64,000 bases of DNA from Escherichia phage DT571/2: sequence record NC_047749.1, one strand, 5' to 3'. Positions 46,274-57,248 of the stretch are shown piece after piece; the first letter of the stretch is position 1; the number at the start of each line of letters is the position of its first letter. The position numbers and the translations under genes were made by a program. Below the pieces are notes generated by a model. The model saw only the letters and a program-made list of their open reading frames with translations, was not told where the DNA came from and ran no database searches.

Positions 46274-49107
46274 TCCACAGACTGTTCTCCATCATCCCCT
46301 TCAGCTCTAATACGAAAATACAATTTTCTATTTATACCTAGAGCATCACTGTTCTGGAGAGCAAAGTCTGCCTTATTATATGTTAATAAATAGTCATAAG
46401 TATACTGATTTTCAATACGTACACTTCTTAACATCCTATTTTGTGGATCGTGTATTTCAAGGGTATAAAATATACTCTCTATTATATCTTCTTCAGGTAT
46501 TCTATCCCAGGCTAGTTTCACATCTGGGCCAACAAACTCAGTTACATCTCCAGAGGCAGTATTAGTTACCCTAAAATTAGATACTACACTAAGGTTTTTA
46601 GCGGAGTTAAGTTCTATGGACAGAGTCACCGGAGAACTTCTTCTACCGTTAATATCTACTGCCCTTATCTCAAATATAGCCAGACCTGCTGGTTCCCCAA
46701 TTATTTCTTGGATCATACGTTCGTTAGGGTTGGTCTCTAACTGTTGTACTATGTAAGGTTCGGCATGGCCTGAGTGCACAATAGAGTAGTAAACTACATT
46801 ATTGGTTAGACTCGGAAGCCAGGATAACTCACCATTTTTACCTATAGAGCCTACTAAACCGCCAGGAGTAGGAGTATATTTAAAGTCTCTAGGAGGAAGG
46901 ACATTATTACTAATATCGGGGATATCATTACCGCTATTATCAACCTGCCCAGAGTTGATGAATACATCTTCTCCATACTCCTGTAAGGTAACATTTATCT
47001 TACCTTCTCTAGAGTTTTCCACTTCGTCTACTAGGAAGTACTTCCTATCCCACCCATAACGGTCATATGTGAATGCAATAGCATCGTTAGGTTCAATACC
47101 AATGAATTGATACGGCAATGAGAAAGAAAGTGTTCTTGAGTATCTGGATTTCTTAAGTTCTCTATCAGCAAAACTTCTTGCAGTATAGTAATTAGTAATA
47201 TTAGCAAAAGATAGTTGTAATTTTTTATCTAGGTTCTTGTCCTGTTCCTTATAATTGGAGTTATAGAATGTAATGGAATTAGTTTTCCAGCTAAGGGCTG
47301 GATCTACTATAGATGCTTGAACTGAGTTGAATTTATTTCTACCAGTAGTATCTGATAGCTCCAAATCGCCATAAGTATCTAGAAAATTAATCTCTAACGG
47401 AGTATTAGAGTATTTTTCTACAGTAACCCTATACTGGCCAGATAAGTTGTTAATAGCCCCACCATAGGACTCTAATAAACCTTGCACATTTTTAAATACT
47501 GATTCAGATGTATCCAGAATAGTATTCATTTGTACTATTTGTCTATTTTCCGCTAATGGATTAGTCCACCCAACGTATCTCCAATATGGCTGCCAAGATA
47601 CCTGATAGGATTCATCTATAATATCTAAAATAGCTGCTTCCTGTATTAATTGCTGAAGGGGGAACTGATCAATGGTAATATTAGCGCCGTATCTATCAGA
47701 GGTTAAGTAATCAAGTGTTTGCCAAATACCATTTAAACTAGTACTATTAGCAGTTACTCTACCATCAGAATGATAGACTTTTACTTTTTTACCTTGAATT
47801 TCAGCACTAACTTCTGGAATCTCAGTTCTGTTTTCATTAATAGTAAAACGCACTACGGCATAAGCAGTATCTAGTAGCTTATATCTAGCATCCCAGTATT
47901 CAGGCCCATTGCCATTCATATTTTGAAGATAGAACCCGCGGTTTCTAGCGATGTTCACTAGCACATCAGAGGCTGTTTGATTAGACTTTCCGTGGTAAGT
48001 CCAGATCCTTATATCACCATTTCCATCATTATACCTATACTCTTGACCATGAACGGATGGACTACTAGAGGAAATTCCAGATGCTATCCGCTGCATGGTA
48101 TCTCCTACTATTTTTTTAGTACCGAAGCAGGTTCTAGCGGAGCTATCATTAGCGTCTACACAGATCATAGGATTATCACCGAAGGAGAAATCAAGAAAAC
48201 CATCAATCTCCCCCTCAGCAAAGGCGTATACGACATAAACTATGTTGGGATTGTGTAGTTCTGTATCAGCAAAAATAGGTATCCCCGGTATTTTCTGTAC
48301 ACCATAAACTACTGGTATATATTTAGCAGCAAGGTTAAAATCTATATCTACTTCCTTAGTAACAGTTTCATAGTATTTTTTAAGGCTGTAGCTTCTAGAT
48401 AAACCAAATAATTTTTTCTTTGATTTTAGCTTGTATCTTTCTTCCTGTACTTGGTACTTTGCCAGTATAGATATACTTTTATTAGCATGAAAGAACCCAT
48501 AGTCTTCTTGGTACTCAGGTCTTTTAGCACCGTTAGATGGTACTAGCTGTCCAGCTACAACTTCAAGCCCCCTATGAGAAGCATCATCAGTATATCTGCC
48601 ATTAACCCTATCAAAGTCATAGAATTGGTTAGAACAATTCCAGGTAATTGTAGAAGTTCCTACTCCAGAGGTACTAATGTTATCTTTAATGCCTCCTCCA
48701 GTAATCCTTCCCCTAAAGTACAGTAAAGGACCATTTGTATCTGGGTCTACTGGCAGAATAGAACCATCTTCAGTAATAATTGCTTGATGAATTGATACGG
48801 TTCTATCTAAGAAGGACACGCCATTTTGTACTAGTTTTAGCACTTCATCCTGTGCTGTGCCAGTAATGGTAAAAGATAGACTGCCAATAGATAAATCTCT
48901 GTTTTGTTTGTGTGAGCTAATAGACTTAACTTTACCTGCCTGGTATAGGATGCCATTATATATTACATCCCTAAAATAATCAGTTAAATAAATAAAAGCA
49001 GTACTAGTACCAGTAGAGCCAGGTAACTCTAGGGAAATTAGACTAGCAGTTTTTATTCTGCTATTATTTTTTAAGTAGTTTCTAGCACTATCTAGTATTT
49101 GTTTCAT
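46258..49107 (-). CDS. Baseplate hub protein (T5 pb3-like)
   Basis: 949 aa, identical length to T5 pb3; follows Dit gene. Confidence 0.8.
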   Translation of the reverse strand: MKQILDSARNYLKNNSRIKTASLISLELPGSTGTSTAFIYLTDYFRDVIYNGILYQAGKVKSISSHKQNRDLSIGSLSFTITGTAQDEVLKLVQNGVSFLDRTVSIHQAIITEDGSILPVDPDTNGPLLYFRGRITGGGIKDNISTSGVGTSTITWNCSNQFYDFDRVNGRYTDDASHRGLEVVAGQLVPSNGAKRPEYQEDYGFFHANKSISILAKYQVQEERYKLKSKKKLFGLSRSYSLKKYYETVTKEVDIDFNLAAKYIPVVYGVQKIPGIPIFADTELHNPNIVYVVYAFAEGEIDGFLDFSFGDNPMICVDANDSSARTCFGTKKIVGDTMQRIASGISSSSPSVHGQEYRYNDGNGDIRIWTYHGKSNQTASDVLVNIARNRGFYLQNMNGNGPEYWDARYKLLDTAYAVVRFTINENRTEIPEVSAEIQGKKVKVYHSDGRVTANSTSLNGIWQTLDYLTSDRYGANITIDQFPLQQLIQEAAILDIIDESYQVSWQPYWRYVGWTNPLAENRQIVQMNTILDTSESVFKNVQGLLESYGGAINNLSGQYRVTVEKYSNTPLEINFLDTYGDLELSDTTGRNKFNSVQASIVDPALSWKTNSITFYNSNYKEQDKNLDKKLQLSFANITNYYTARSFADRELKKSRYSRTLSFSLPYQFIGIEPNDAIAFTYDRYGWDRKYFLVDEVENSREGKINVTLQEYGEDVFINSGQVDNSGNDIPDISNNVLPPRDFKYTPTPGGLVGSIGKNGELSWLPSLTNNVVYYSIVHSGHAEPYIVQQLETNPNERMIQEIIGEPAGLAIFEIRAVDINGRRSSPVTLSIELNSAKNLSVVSNFRVTNTASGDVTEFVGPDVKLAWDRIPEEDIIESIFYTLEIHDPQNRMLRSVRIENQYTYDYLLTYNKADFALQNSDALGINRKLYFRIRAEGDDGEQSVEWASI

Positions 49108-49718
49108 AAACTTTCCCGTAAATTTAATGAGATGCCGGAATATGTTCCGTTATTATTTAATGTAGATCCGAAAGCATCACCATTCATGAGTTTTGTTCTA
49201 AATAGTATCCCATTAAATACTGGTTTTTCAGCTCCAGTGGTGGTTATAAATAGGTCAGGGTATATGTTAATAGACCATGAATTGCCAGATCTATTAAATG
49301 ATGTTATTTTATAAACTTTTGGGTGATTGGATAATTTAAATAAATCACCTGGTTTAGGAATACCGGTAAGAACACCTCCTGTATCCATAGTAATATTGGA
49401 ACCTCTTTGTCCTGCTGGTATATTTACTAAGTTAGTATTGCCCCTAACCCTAAAAGCCTCGTACTGGGGTAATATAACATCTATATAACCACCGGTCCTT
49501 TTGTACTCTAGAATAAAAGCATCTAGAACACTATATTCATCTGGAAATAGCTCTGGGTAGGAAATATTTATACCCCAGTATTGAGCAGATACCTTAACTT
49601 CGTTAACTTTACCATTAGGTAACTCATCACGAATTACTGGGTCATTATCAATCAGGTTAACACTTTCGAATCCTAATCCTGAAAGTTCTGGATTCGTGTA
49701 TGGGTCTGGTAATCTCAT
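49104..49718 (-). CDS. Distal tail protein Dit (T5 pb9-like)
   Basis: 204 aa as T5 pb9; immediately downstream of tape measure gene; own promoter and AAGAGGAGA RBS. Confidence 0.75.
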   Translation of the reverse strand: MRLPDPYTNPELSGLGFESVNLIDNDPVIRDELPNGKVNEVKVSAQYWGINISYPELFPDEYSVLDAFILEYKRTGGYIDVILPQYEAFRVRGNTNLVNIPAGQRGSNITMDTGGVLTGIPKPGDLFKLSNHPKVYKITSFNRSGNSWSINIYPDLFITTTGAEKPVFNGILFRTKLMNGDAFGSTLNNNGTYSGISLNLRESL

Positions 49719-49745
49719 AGTTAATTTCTCCTCTTAGATACAATT

Positions 49746-49774
49746 ATTATAATAGTATTAGAAAATTTTATCAA
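49746..49774 (-). promoter_or_regulatory. Sigma70-type promoter TTGATA-17-TATAAT upstream of Dit (pb9) gene in late block
   Basis: Hexamers/spacing, directly after tape-measure terminator. Confidence 0.5.
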
Positions 49775-49790
49775 GAAATTTTTATTTTTC

Positions 49791-49821
49791 CATAAAGAAA
49801 AGGAGGACTCAAAGTCCTCCT
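49791..49821 (-). terminator. Intrinsic terminator after tape measure gene
   Basis: GGAGGACT-TTGA-GTCCTCC followed by TTTTCTTT. Confidence 0.75.
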
Positions 49822-49827
49822 CCAGTT

Positions 49828-52800
49828 TTAAGAATTTCCTAGTGTTTTTAGGCTAGCACCATTCTCATTCAGAGCTAATTCTACTGCATCCCTCAGAGCA
49901 CCGCTATTACTAGAGGCGAACTCTCTAAAACTAGCAGCATCCATAGCACTAATATTCAGGATGATAGGTCTTCCTGAAGTTGAATTAGAGGAATTTTTTA
50001 ACTCATCATTAGGTGTAGCTTTCATAGGAACCATAGGAGTAATTACCTCGGTACCATGTTCTCCCATCTGATAGCTAACCCCTGGGTACATATTACCACC
50101 TTCGGCACGCGGTACAAATGAGTTGGCATTACCAATACCCTTCTCACCACGTACATAAGATAGTTCTCCAGCATTAGCAGACATAGATACATCAATGCTC
50201 TTCTGACGCTCTCCAAGAGTTAAATAACTAGTGGTATTTGCTCCAGAATCCACAGAGGGCATAGAGGATGCATTAGAAGCAGCGGCTAAGGATAGTGCGC
50301 CTGCAGCAGCCGCAGTGGCCATCATCGTTAACCCTAATGGTAAGAACGGTTGGGTAGCTGCAGCGTTCATCATAGCTACGGCTGTAGATATGATTATTTG
50401 CTTTTTAGCTTCTCGCTGCTGTATCTTAGTCTTTTCTGCCTCCAACTTCTTGATTTTAGCTTTAGATTCCTCAGATTTACCATCACGCTTCTGTTCTGCT
50501 GCAATAGCCTGGTCTATTGCACTTATTTGCTGGTTAGCAGAATACGCCATCATCTGTCCCACCATCTGCATACCTGCAGATATGGTTGTTATACTATCCA
50601 AGCTATCTTGTGCATTAGCCACCACTGCTAAGGAGAAATTACCTATGCTGTTAGCCAATGCTGTAGAAGCAGAATCCACTTCTGACATCTTAGCTATAGC
50701 CTGATCATACATAGACATTCTATTCTCAAAATCAGCAAACTCTTTATCAGCACCAGATAATCCATTGGTAGGAGTGAATGTACCCCCTAGTGAGGATACG
50801 ACTGATTTGTACGTTTGATCCTCTCTTTGCTTTTTAAGCTGTTCTAGGGCCGCTGAAGTTTTATAAATCTCATTACGATATTTGATTTCTTCCTCAGTAT
50901 TACCCTTAGATAGTTCCAGCTGTTGCTGCAGAATGGATAGTCTTTCCGTAAGAATTTGGGATTGGCCAGTAACATTTCTTTGTGTTTGACTGACTTCTAG
51001 TGCATCCATGAGGGCTGACACATGTGAGGCAGTTGCCTGATTTTCTGCTTCCCATAGCTCTCTATTTATCTGTGCTTGAGCACGCCTTGACTGTTCTACC
51101 TTAGCTTGACCATCCGCTTGTTTAGAGTATAATTCCGTTTTTTCCTGCTCTAACTGCAGCTCTAGTCTTAACTGCTCCAAACGATACTGAGTACTCGTCA
51201 TAGTGCGGTCATTAAGAAGAGCTATTTCTCTATCAATACCAAGAATCTTATCTGTGTAATCCTTGACCTTCTTCTGAGCTTCCATTCCCTGGTTAGTGAG
51301 TTTAATTTTCTCCAGCTGAATTTTTTCAATTTCCCTCTCAACAGCTTTATTTCCCTGGTTTGTTTGAAGAACACGGCGTAAAGCAGCTTCTTGCTCTTCT
51401 AACTGTTGGAGTTCTAAACGCCTACCAGCTTCCTGTGCCTTTTCTTTATCCTTAGTTTGATTATATACATCAGCTATCTTCTGTTGAACTGCTAACTGAT
51501 TTTTAGTTTCATTACCAGTTAGTTTAACATACTCAGATAGAGCCTGAGATGCAGTTTTCATTTCAGACAGGGTGTTATAACCCAGGTTAAGGTTTTTAAC
51601 ATACTCATCGGCACTCTTACCAGTGCCTAAGGATAGAGATTCTATATTTTTTATAGCATCTGCTAGTGTAGCACTAGTTTTAGCAGCGGTATCTGTATTC
51701 TGAGCAACGTTCTGTATATCATTAGCTAGGTCACTAGCAGTTTTCTTAGTCTGATTATATGCTTTTTGTTGTTCAGTTAGTCCTTTTAATACAGTAGAGT
51801 TAAAATCGTATACAGCACCAGGATCAGTAGCATCCCTCTGTAGATTAATCTGTTTTTGGAATTCTGGATTAGCTTTTGCAGCAGCAGCACCTGCAGCTTG
51901 ATAAGCTGACTTCCAAGCATTAAGGTTCTCGGTAGAATCAGTAACTTCTTTATCCAAGCGTGCTACTTGTAGTCCCATAGCGGCAGTTTCTTCTACAAAC
52001 TTTTTATTGGCTTCAGAAGCACCCGCGGTTGCAAGACCAGCAGGAATACCCTCACCAACTTGACGTATAGCTAGTTTTGTATAGAAATCTGCTTGCTCCA
52101 TTCGTTTATCAAATTCGGATTTTAGCTTATTACGCTTATCAAGAGATTCCTTATACATATCTAAGGCTTTATTGTACCCCTCTTCAGAGGCAGATAGACT
52201 TAAAGCAACAGCACCAACGTTGGTGGGATCTATCTGTTTATTAGTTTGTTCTTGCGCCCTAGCTGCTTCAGCAGATATAGAAGCCTGAGAAGTATAAAAT
52301 ACTGTGTTGATAGCATCAATTACTGGCCCTAAGTACTTAGCAGCAGCTTGTTGTATTGTTCTTAGTGCAGCATCTGCGTTAGCAGCAAACTGCTCCCACG
52401 GAGTAGCGCGCAGAACTTCATCTAGATACCCAAAACGTTTAGTAGACTCTGCTATAACAGCATTAGCATACGCTTGCTGTTTCTGGAAGGTAGTAAGGCT
52501 ATTAATATTATATGTTATACCTGTGTTTGCAGCATTTAACTGTTTAACGTAATCAGCATAAGCATCATTAAGACGGATAGTAACACCAAGTTCATCCAGA
52601 AGTTCGATTTCCTGTTTAGATACACCCTTAATTACACGGTTAAGTGCATCAGTCATATCAACGCCAAGAACAGCAGCAGCACGACGAGCTACTAGACCAA
52701 ACTTATTAAGTTGTTCAGCATCAAAACCGTATGCAGAAGCAGAGGATGCTTGTCTCATAGCTTCTTCAAAGGAAATAGCGTACCCGGCTGCTTCTTGTAG

Positions 52801-53508
52801 TGATCTAGCAAGGGACTGAACAGGAGTACCTGTCTGAGTACCTACTATAACACCAAATTCTTCTAGACGATTTAGCTGGTCACCTAGTTTAAGTTGTTCG
52901 AATGCAGATTGCAAAACGAAGATGTTAGAAGCAATAGCAGCGTACAGAAGAGGTAAACCACCACCAACTTTAGCCATTGCAGCAAAATCACGAGTTGCAC
53001 CGCGTGCGGAACCAGAAGTATTACCAATGGCTCTAGAAGCCCTGCCAGCAGCACCAGCAGTGTCATTAAAACCTCTAGTTGTACCACCTAAAACTCTATT
53101 GGTGTCATACAATCTATCTTGAACTTTCTCTGTTGCAGCTGCAACATCATTACCCATTACTTTAACAGACCTAGATACTCCATCAAATCCAGCCTCTAGT
53201 TTGTCTGCTACTTCAATCATTGCAATAGATAGATCATCCAGCTTAGCACCTATACTATCAATAGATTTAGTGATACCAGCCATACCCCTACTAGCCTGCA
53301 TTTTAGTAAGACTTTTTGCTGCTCTATCTGCCGCCCTCTCAATGGAGTATAGAGTTTTGGGCATTTTACCTAACTGTTCATTTGTCAGTTCGGAAGCAGC
53401 AGCAGCATTTTCTAATGCATCAGATACGTTTTCAATAGACTTTGCAGTACGGGTTGCCCCCTTCTGTTTAACGTCTATTAGTAATTCTCGTATTAGCTTA
53501 TCAGTCAT
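49828..53508 (-). CDS. Tail tape measure protein (T5 pb2-like)
   Basis: 1226 aa, extended coiled-coil, C-terminal hydrophobic/Gly-rich region. Confidence 0.9.
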   Translation of the reverse strand: MTDKLIRELLIDVKQKGATRTAKSIENVSDALENAAAASELTNEQLGKMPKTLYSIERAADRAAKSLTKMQASRGMAGITKSIDSIGAKLDDLSIAMIEVADKLEAGFDGVSRSVKVMGNDVAAATEKVQDRLYDTNRVLGGTTRGFNDTAGAAGRASRAIGNTSGSARGATRDFAAMAKVGGGLPLLYAAIASNIFVLQSAFEQLKLGDQLNRLEEFGVIVGTQTGTPVQSLARSLQEAAGYAISFEEAMRQASSASAYGFDAEQLNKFGLVARRAAAVLGVDMTDALNRVIKGVSKQEIELLDELGVTIRLNDAYADYVKQLNAANTGITYNINSLTTFQKQQAYANAVIAESTKRFGYLDEVLRATPWEQFAANADAALRTIQQAAAKYLGPVIDAINTVFYTSQASISAEAARAQEQTNKQIDPTNVGAVALSLSASEEGYNKALDMYKESLDKRNKLKSEFDKRMEQADFYTKLAIRQVGEGIPAGLATAGASEANKKFVEETAAMGLQVARLDKEVTDSTENLNAWKSAYQAAGAAAAKANPEFQKQINLQRDATDPGAVYDFNSTVLKGLTEQQKAYNQTKKTASDLANDIQNVAQNTDTAAKTSATLADAIKNIESLSLGTGKSADEYVKNLNLGYNTLSEMKTASQALSEYVKLTGNETKNQLAVQQKIADVYNQTKDKEKAQEAGRRLELQQLEEQEAALRRVLQTNQGNKAVEREIEKIQLEKIKLTNQGMEAQKKVKDYTDKILGIDREIALLNDRTMTSTQYRLEQLRLELQLEQEKTELYSKQADGQAKVEQSRRAQAQINRELWEAENQATASHVSALMDALEVSQTQRNVTGQSQILTERLSILQQQLELSKGNTEEEIKYRNEIYKTSAALEQLKKQREDQTYKSVVSSLGGTFTPTNGLSGADKEFADFENRMSMYDQAIAKMSEVDSASTALANSIGNFSLAVVANAQDSLDSITTISAGMQMVGQMMAYSANQQISAIDQAIAAEQKRDGKSEESKAKIKKLEAEKTKIQQREAKKQIIISTAVAMMNAAATQPFLPLGLTMMATAAAAGALSLAAASNASSMPSVDSGANTTSYLTLGERQKSIDVSMSANAGELSYVRGEKGIGNANSFVPRAEGGNMYPGVSYQMGEHGTEVITPMVPMKATPNDELKNSSNSTSGRPIILNISAMDAASFREFASSNSGALRDAVELALNENGASLKTLGNS

Positions 53509-53523
53509 AATTTATTTTTCCCA

Positions 53524-53556
53524 ATAAAAAAGGCTCTGGGCATATCACCCAGAGCC
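53524..53556 (-). terminator. Intrinsic terminator/attenuator immediately upstream of tape measure gene
   Basis: GGCTCTGGG-loop-CCCAGAGCC followed by TTTTTTATT. Confidence 0.7.
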
Positions 53557-53592
53557 AAGCCTCATCGTGGAACGCCCCATTGGAGGAAACTT

Positions 53593-54084
53593 TTACCGTG
53601 CTCGAGATTTGGCATGTGGCTTAACGTTAGGTATTCTACCGTTTTGCGGTTTATGCTTCTCAGCACGTTTACGTGCAGCGTCTACAGCTTTAGCATCAAA
53701 TATATTGATAATGTGTAGAACAAATTCTTTTTCTATAGGATCGGTAATCCCATAAATATCGAATAAAACACCTAAAGCAGCTTTGTCTTTGCCTATAAAT
53801 ATAGGAAAGTCACCCGGTATGAAACAGTCAACTAGACTGTTATAGATATTCATGCTAATAGCTACAATAGGTGGAAAGTCTTCAAGTTCAACAGGCATAG
53901 CCTTAGGATCAGGTTCTATACCCATTGACTCACAAAGTATTAAATATTGTTGTTTAGTCATTTTAGATGCTGAGCTTTTAATACACTTATCTGCAAAATC
54001 AGCAACAGCATCTAGTAGTTCTTTACGCTTTTGAGCTACGAAAAGTGTCGAGGTGGAACACTGTCTGGTTGATCCAAGAATCAA
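53593..54084 (-). CDS. Putative tail assembly chaperone, downstream overlapping ORF (real start possibly internal ATG ~53961)
   Basis: Located between tail tube and tape measure genes; overlaps upstream ORF by ~60 nt in +1 frame. Confidence 0.5.
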   Translation of the reverse strand: MILGSTRQCSTSTLFVAQKRKELLDAVADFADKCIKSSASKMTKQQYLILCESMGIEPDPKAMPVELEDFPPIVAISMNIYNSLVDCFIPGDFPIFIGKDKAALGVLFDIYGITDPIEKEFVLHIINIFDAKAVDAARKRAEKHKPQNGRIPNVKPHAKSRAR

Positions 54085-54442
54085 ACGCAGCAGAGTTCTG
54101 CATAAGCATTACAGCATTATCACGACTAAAGGGAACTTCAGTAGTAGGATCAGCATCTGTTTCAATCAGCATCAGCTTTTCAACGTCGCCTACAGTCAAA
54201 CCAGTCCAACCTTTAATTGCAGCATCAACGAAAGCTTCAATAAACTTATCGTCATCCTGTACTTGAATTAGGGTACCATTAACCCATTCATCACGTTTGG
54301 CAGAAGAGATAACACGCTTAGAAGTAGCACGAGACATATAGTTAAGCTCTAGCTTAAAGTTTGGCATACCTGGGTATGAAAGAGTAACAGTACGGGTATC
54401 AAGAGTAATATCTTTTAAGTTAATCATTTTTAATTTCTCCAA
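54023..54442 (-). CDS. Putative tail assembly chaperone
   Basis: 139 aa acidic protein directly upstream of tape measure gene region. Confidence 0.55.
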   Translation of the reverse strand: MEKLKMINLKDITLDTRTVTLSYPGMPNFKLELNYMSRATSKRVISSAKRDEWVNGTLIQVQDDDKFIEAFVDAAIKGWTGLTVGDVEKLMLIETDADPTTEVPFSRDNAVMLMQNSAAFDSWINQTVFHLDTFRSSKA

Positions 54443-55322
54443 AGAAATCTATTCTCACAGGGTCTGAAGAAGCAGTAGGTATAATATCCCACTCAACTTT
54501 ATACACATCTGAGAAATTTAGGCGTTTTGAAATACGTGCTAAAGGAAAATCTATAGAAATATTATTATTTCTTATATTTAAAGGTACATCGGTTTCTGGT
54601 TCAATATTGTAAACCATATCTCCAGCAAAACGTTTTAAGTAGTATAGGGAAATGGTTGCTGAAGCATTCATTTCATTTACATAGGCTCTTTTATTATTAT
54701 AGATTTTATTTATATCAAAAACACTCTTATCTTCTCTCCAGGAGCATTGCTGTTGAAAAGATAAAGAAGCGGAAATAAGACCAGGTAAAATGTTACCATT
54801 AGTAGAAACTATTACCGGGCTATAGGACATTGCTTCACCCTGTATAATAGAAGCTGCTTCTCTATATGTAGATACTTCGGAAAATTTCCCTGATTCGATA
54901 CCAACGTTAAGAATTGGTATATTCTTATCCAAAGAAAAATCTACAGTAGATACATAGCAGTTCTCAAAATATACACAGTTATTATCTTTATTTACTATAT
55001 AGATATTAAACATAATAGGTTCAATATTGTTACTATATAGTGGTAGTAAGAAAGTATTACCTTTTCTATCAAAACCTAGCCATTCAAAAAAGTTAGCTTC
55101 AGTAAGTGTATTACTAAAATTTATTGCTAGAGAGATAGAAGAAGGAGTTTGAGCATTTATAACAGAGTCTGCATAGTTAGTTCTACGATGAATAGTCCTA
55201 CGAAGAGTCTTAAATTCTTCGTAGGAGGTTTGTACATCGTAGTTTGATAGGGCATCAAAATGAAATGCCCTACCATCATACTCAACTATAACCTTTGACT
55301 CTCGCATTAGAGAGTAGTACAT
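54420..55322 (-). CDS. Baseplate tube protein (T5 p140-like)
   Basis: 300 aa; position between tail tube and chaperones. Confidence 0.6.
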   Translation of the reverse strand: MYYSLMRESKVIVEYDGRAFHFDALSNYDVQTSYEEFKTLRRTIHRRTNYADSVINAQTPSSISLAINFSNTLTEANFFEWLGFDRKGNTFLLPLYSNNIEPIMFNIYIVNKDNNCVYFENCYVSTVDFSLDKNIPILNVGIESGKFSEVSTYREAASIIQGEAMSYSPVIVSTNGNILPGLISASLSFQQQCSWREDKSVFDINKIYNNKRAYVNEMNASATISLYYLKRFAGDMVYNIEPETDVPLNIRNNNISIDFPLARISKRLNFSDVYKVEWDIIPTASSDPVRIDFFGEIKND

Positions 55323-55326
55323 TTAT

Positions 55327-56733
55327 TTATTCACCAGCACTAACTGTGATAGTTTTAGTACCTTCTACACCAGAACCGTCTTTAGCTACAGCCTTCACAA
55401 TAACTTCGCCCGTTTTAGAAACATCAGCAGTTAATAGTCCAGATTCGGCATCAATCGTAGCGGCATCACCACTAGAAATAGACCAAGTCACAGCCGTATT
55501 AGTAGCTTCTGGAGGGGTTACCTCAACAGACATCTGCAAAGTATCACTATTTGTTACAGAAGTAGCATCAGCAGCAGATTTAACTGTGATTGATTCGACC
55601 AGTATTGGTGGAGTTTCAGCACCATCCCCCGTAGCAATCAGATTAGCCACAGTAGTTTTTGTATACTTGTTAGAAAATCCAAGATAACCTTCGTCACCAG
55701 TATCCAAATCTGTAGGAATAGCCTTAAACTCTACTGAAGTACCAAGTACATCATCAGTCTCAATAGTAGGAATGTTAACGTGCGCCTGTTTAGCAACTAA
55801 CACAGCTGCCGGACGTTCATCATCATATTCACCACCAAGGATAAGTGCAATCTCAAAACGGTTAACTACCTTAAGGGTTCTGACAAGATCTTTGTACAGT
55901 TCCATGGAACCAAGAGACTTATCATTAAGGTATGCTGTCAAAGAACCCGTTAACTCAAACGCACCCGTAAATGAGCCGATTGGAATATTTACACGTGACA
56001 TAATATTCGGGGTTAGGTACGTGATGTTGTTATTAATGGTAAAAGTACCACCAGTAATAGGAATATCATATTCCTTATCAGAATCCATATCCTTAATTTT
56101 TAGGATAGTTAACTTGTTCTTAATGTAAGAACTCTGAATAGTCATATAGGTTTCATCATCAATACCTAGTGCATCTGGATCAAATGGTTGCTCATCCAGT
56201 GGGATTAGCTGATTACCATTACCAGACCAAGTTACACGACCAATATCTTCAATATCAACGTTAACTTCTGCCTGGTTGATCTGGCAAGAGTCGATGTAAC
56301 TCCACGCATTGTCAGTTAGAATGTAAATATGCAGCATAGCCAGTTCGTGATATGCGTTATCTTTGAAGTTAACCATGAAGTTAGTAGCATTATTATGTGC
56401 TCCAGTATCTCCATCAAGGTCAATAGCTTTACCACTAGAAAGTGCATGCCATAACATATAGTCAGGAACAATTTGTTTGCCAGTAGTTGTATCCTCGTAT
56501 GGTAGGATATAGGTGGAAAAGCTCCACTCAGCCGCGTTCAAGGAATCGTTAAAACGTTTAGAACCACGAGTAGGACGCGGACCAGCTTCGTTAACAGTAA
56601 TATCTGTTGAGTTACTGTCCTGACCCCAAGAAATATCATCCTGAACTAGAATCTCTTGCGTGTTGGTCGTATCGTGACCAGTCTTAACCGTAGACACGAA
56701 GATTCGAGTATTACGTAATAGTTGTAAAGACAT
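55327..56733 (-). CDS. Tail tube protein (T5 pb6-like) with C-terminal Ig-like domain
   Basis: 468 aa (T5 pb6 ~464 aa); C-terminal Ig-like beta-rich segment. Confidence 0.85.
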   Translation of the reverse strand: MSLQLLRNTRIFVSTVKTGHDTTNTQEILVQDDISWGQDSNSTDITVNEAGPRPTRGSKRFNDSLNAAEWSFSTYILPYEDTTTGKQIVPDYMLWHALSSGKAIDLDGDTGAHNNATNFMVNFKDNAYHELAMLHIYILTDNAWSYIDSCQINQAEVNVDIEDIGRVTWSGNGNQLIPLDEQPFDPDALGIDDETYMTIQSSYIKNKLTILKIKDMDSDKEYDIPITGGTFTINNNITYLTPNIMSRVNIPIGSFTGAFELTGSLTAYLNDKSLGSMELYKDLVRTLKVVNRFEIALILGGEYDDERPAAVLVAKQAHVNIPTIETDDVLGTSVEFKAIPTDLDTGDEGYLGFSNKYTKTTVANLIATGDGAETPPILVESITVKSAADATSVTNSDTLQMSVEVTPPEATNTAVTWSISSGDAATIDAESGLLTADVSKTGEVIVKAVAKDGSGVEGTKTITVSAGE

Positions 56734-56759
56734 TTAATTATTTTCTCCTAATCTGTAAC

Positions 56760-57245
56760 TTATCTGCGAAGTGACCTACGTGGAGGCTGATACCTCACTG
56801 TTACATTTATTTCTGCTAAACCATATGGGGCCAGTAGACCCTCATCTGTACTAACTGATGTAATGCTCATATCAGTCGCCTCACATGGGAAGGTCGATCC
56901 ATTAGGTTTACTAACAGTATATTCTAAATTTCCACCTGTGTCAATAACGGTTTTTATATCCGCTACGAGTTTTTCAAGCTGCTCTTGAATGTCTGTTTTC
57001 TCTTTATCATAGACCAGAATTGGAAGTTCTAAAAACATCCACTGTTGACCTGAAGGAAGATACTGCCCAGTTTCAGTTCCGATATGAACTGCAACATAAG
57101 GAAACTCTCGTATCTCCTCAAACTTATAAGTTTGACGTGAGACGTTTCCATACAAGTTATTAAAATATTCATCTGGTTGAGAGCCATCCATTTGTTGGGC
57201 TATTCGGTCAACCAGAGCTTGCGCTATACTTGTTCTGTGATCCAT
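56760..57245 (-). CDS. Tail terminator protein (T5 p142-like)
   Basis: 161 aa, same size as T5 p142, directly upstream of tail tube gene. Confidence 0.6.
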   Translation of the reverse strand: MDHRTSIAQALVDRIAQQMDGSQPDEYFNNLYGNVSRQTYKFEEIREFPYVAVHIGTETGQYLPSGQQWMFLELPILVYDKEKTDIQEQLEKLVADIKTVIDTGGNLEYTVSKPNGSTFPCEATDMSITSVSTDEGLLAPYGLAEINVTVRYQPPRRSLRR

Positions 57246-57248
57246 TTA

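Noticed and set aside
53961-54084. Programmed -1 ribosomal frameshift joining the two chaperone-position ORFs
   Set aside because: The downstream ORF is in the +1 frame, not -1, and no slippery heptamer was identified; kept only as a low-interest observation.
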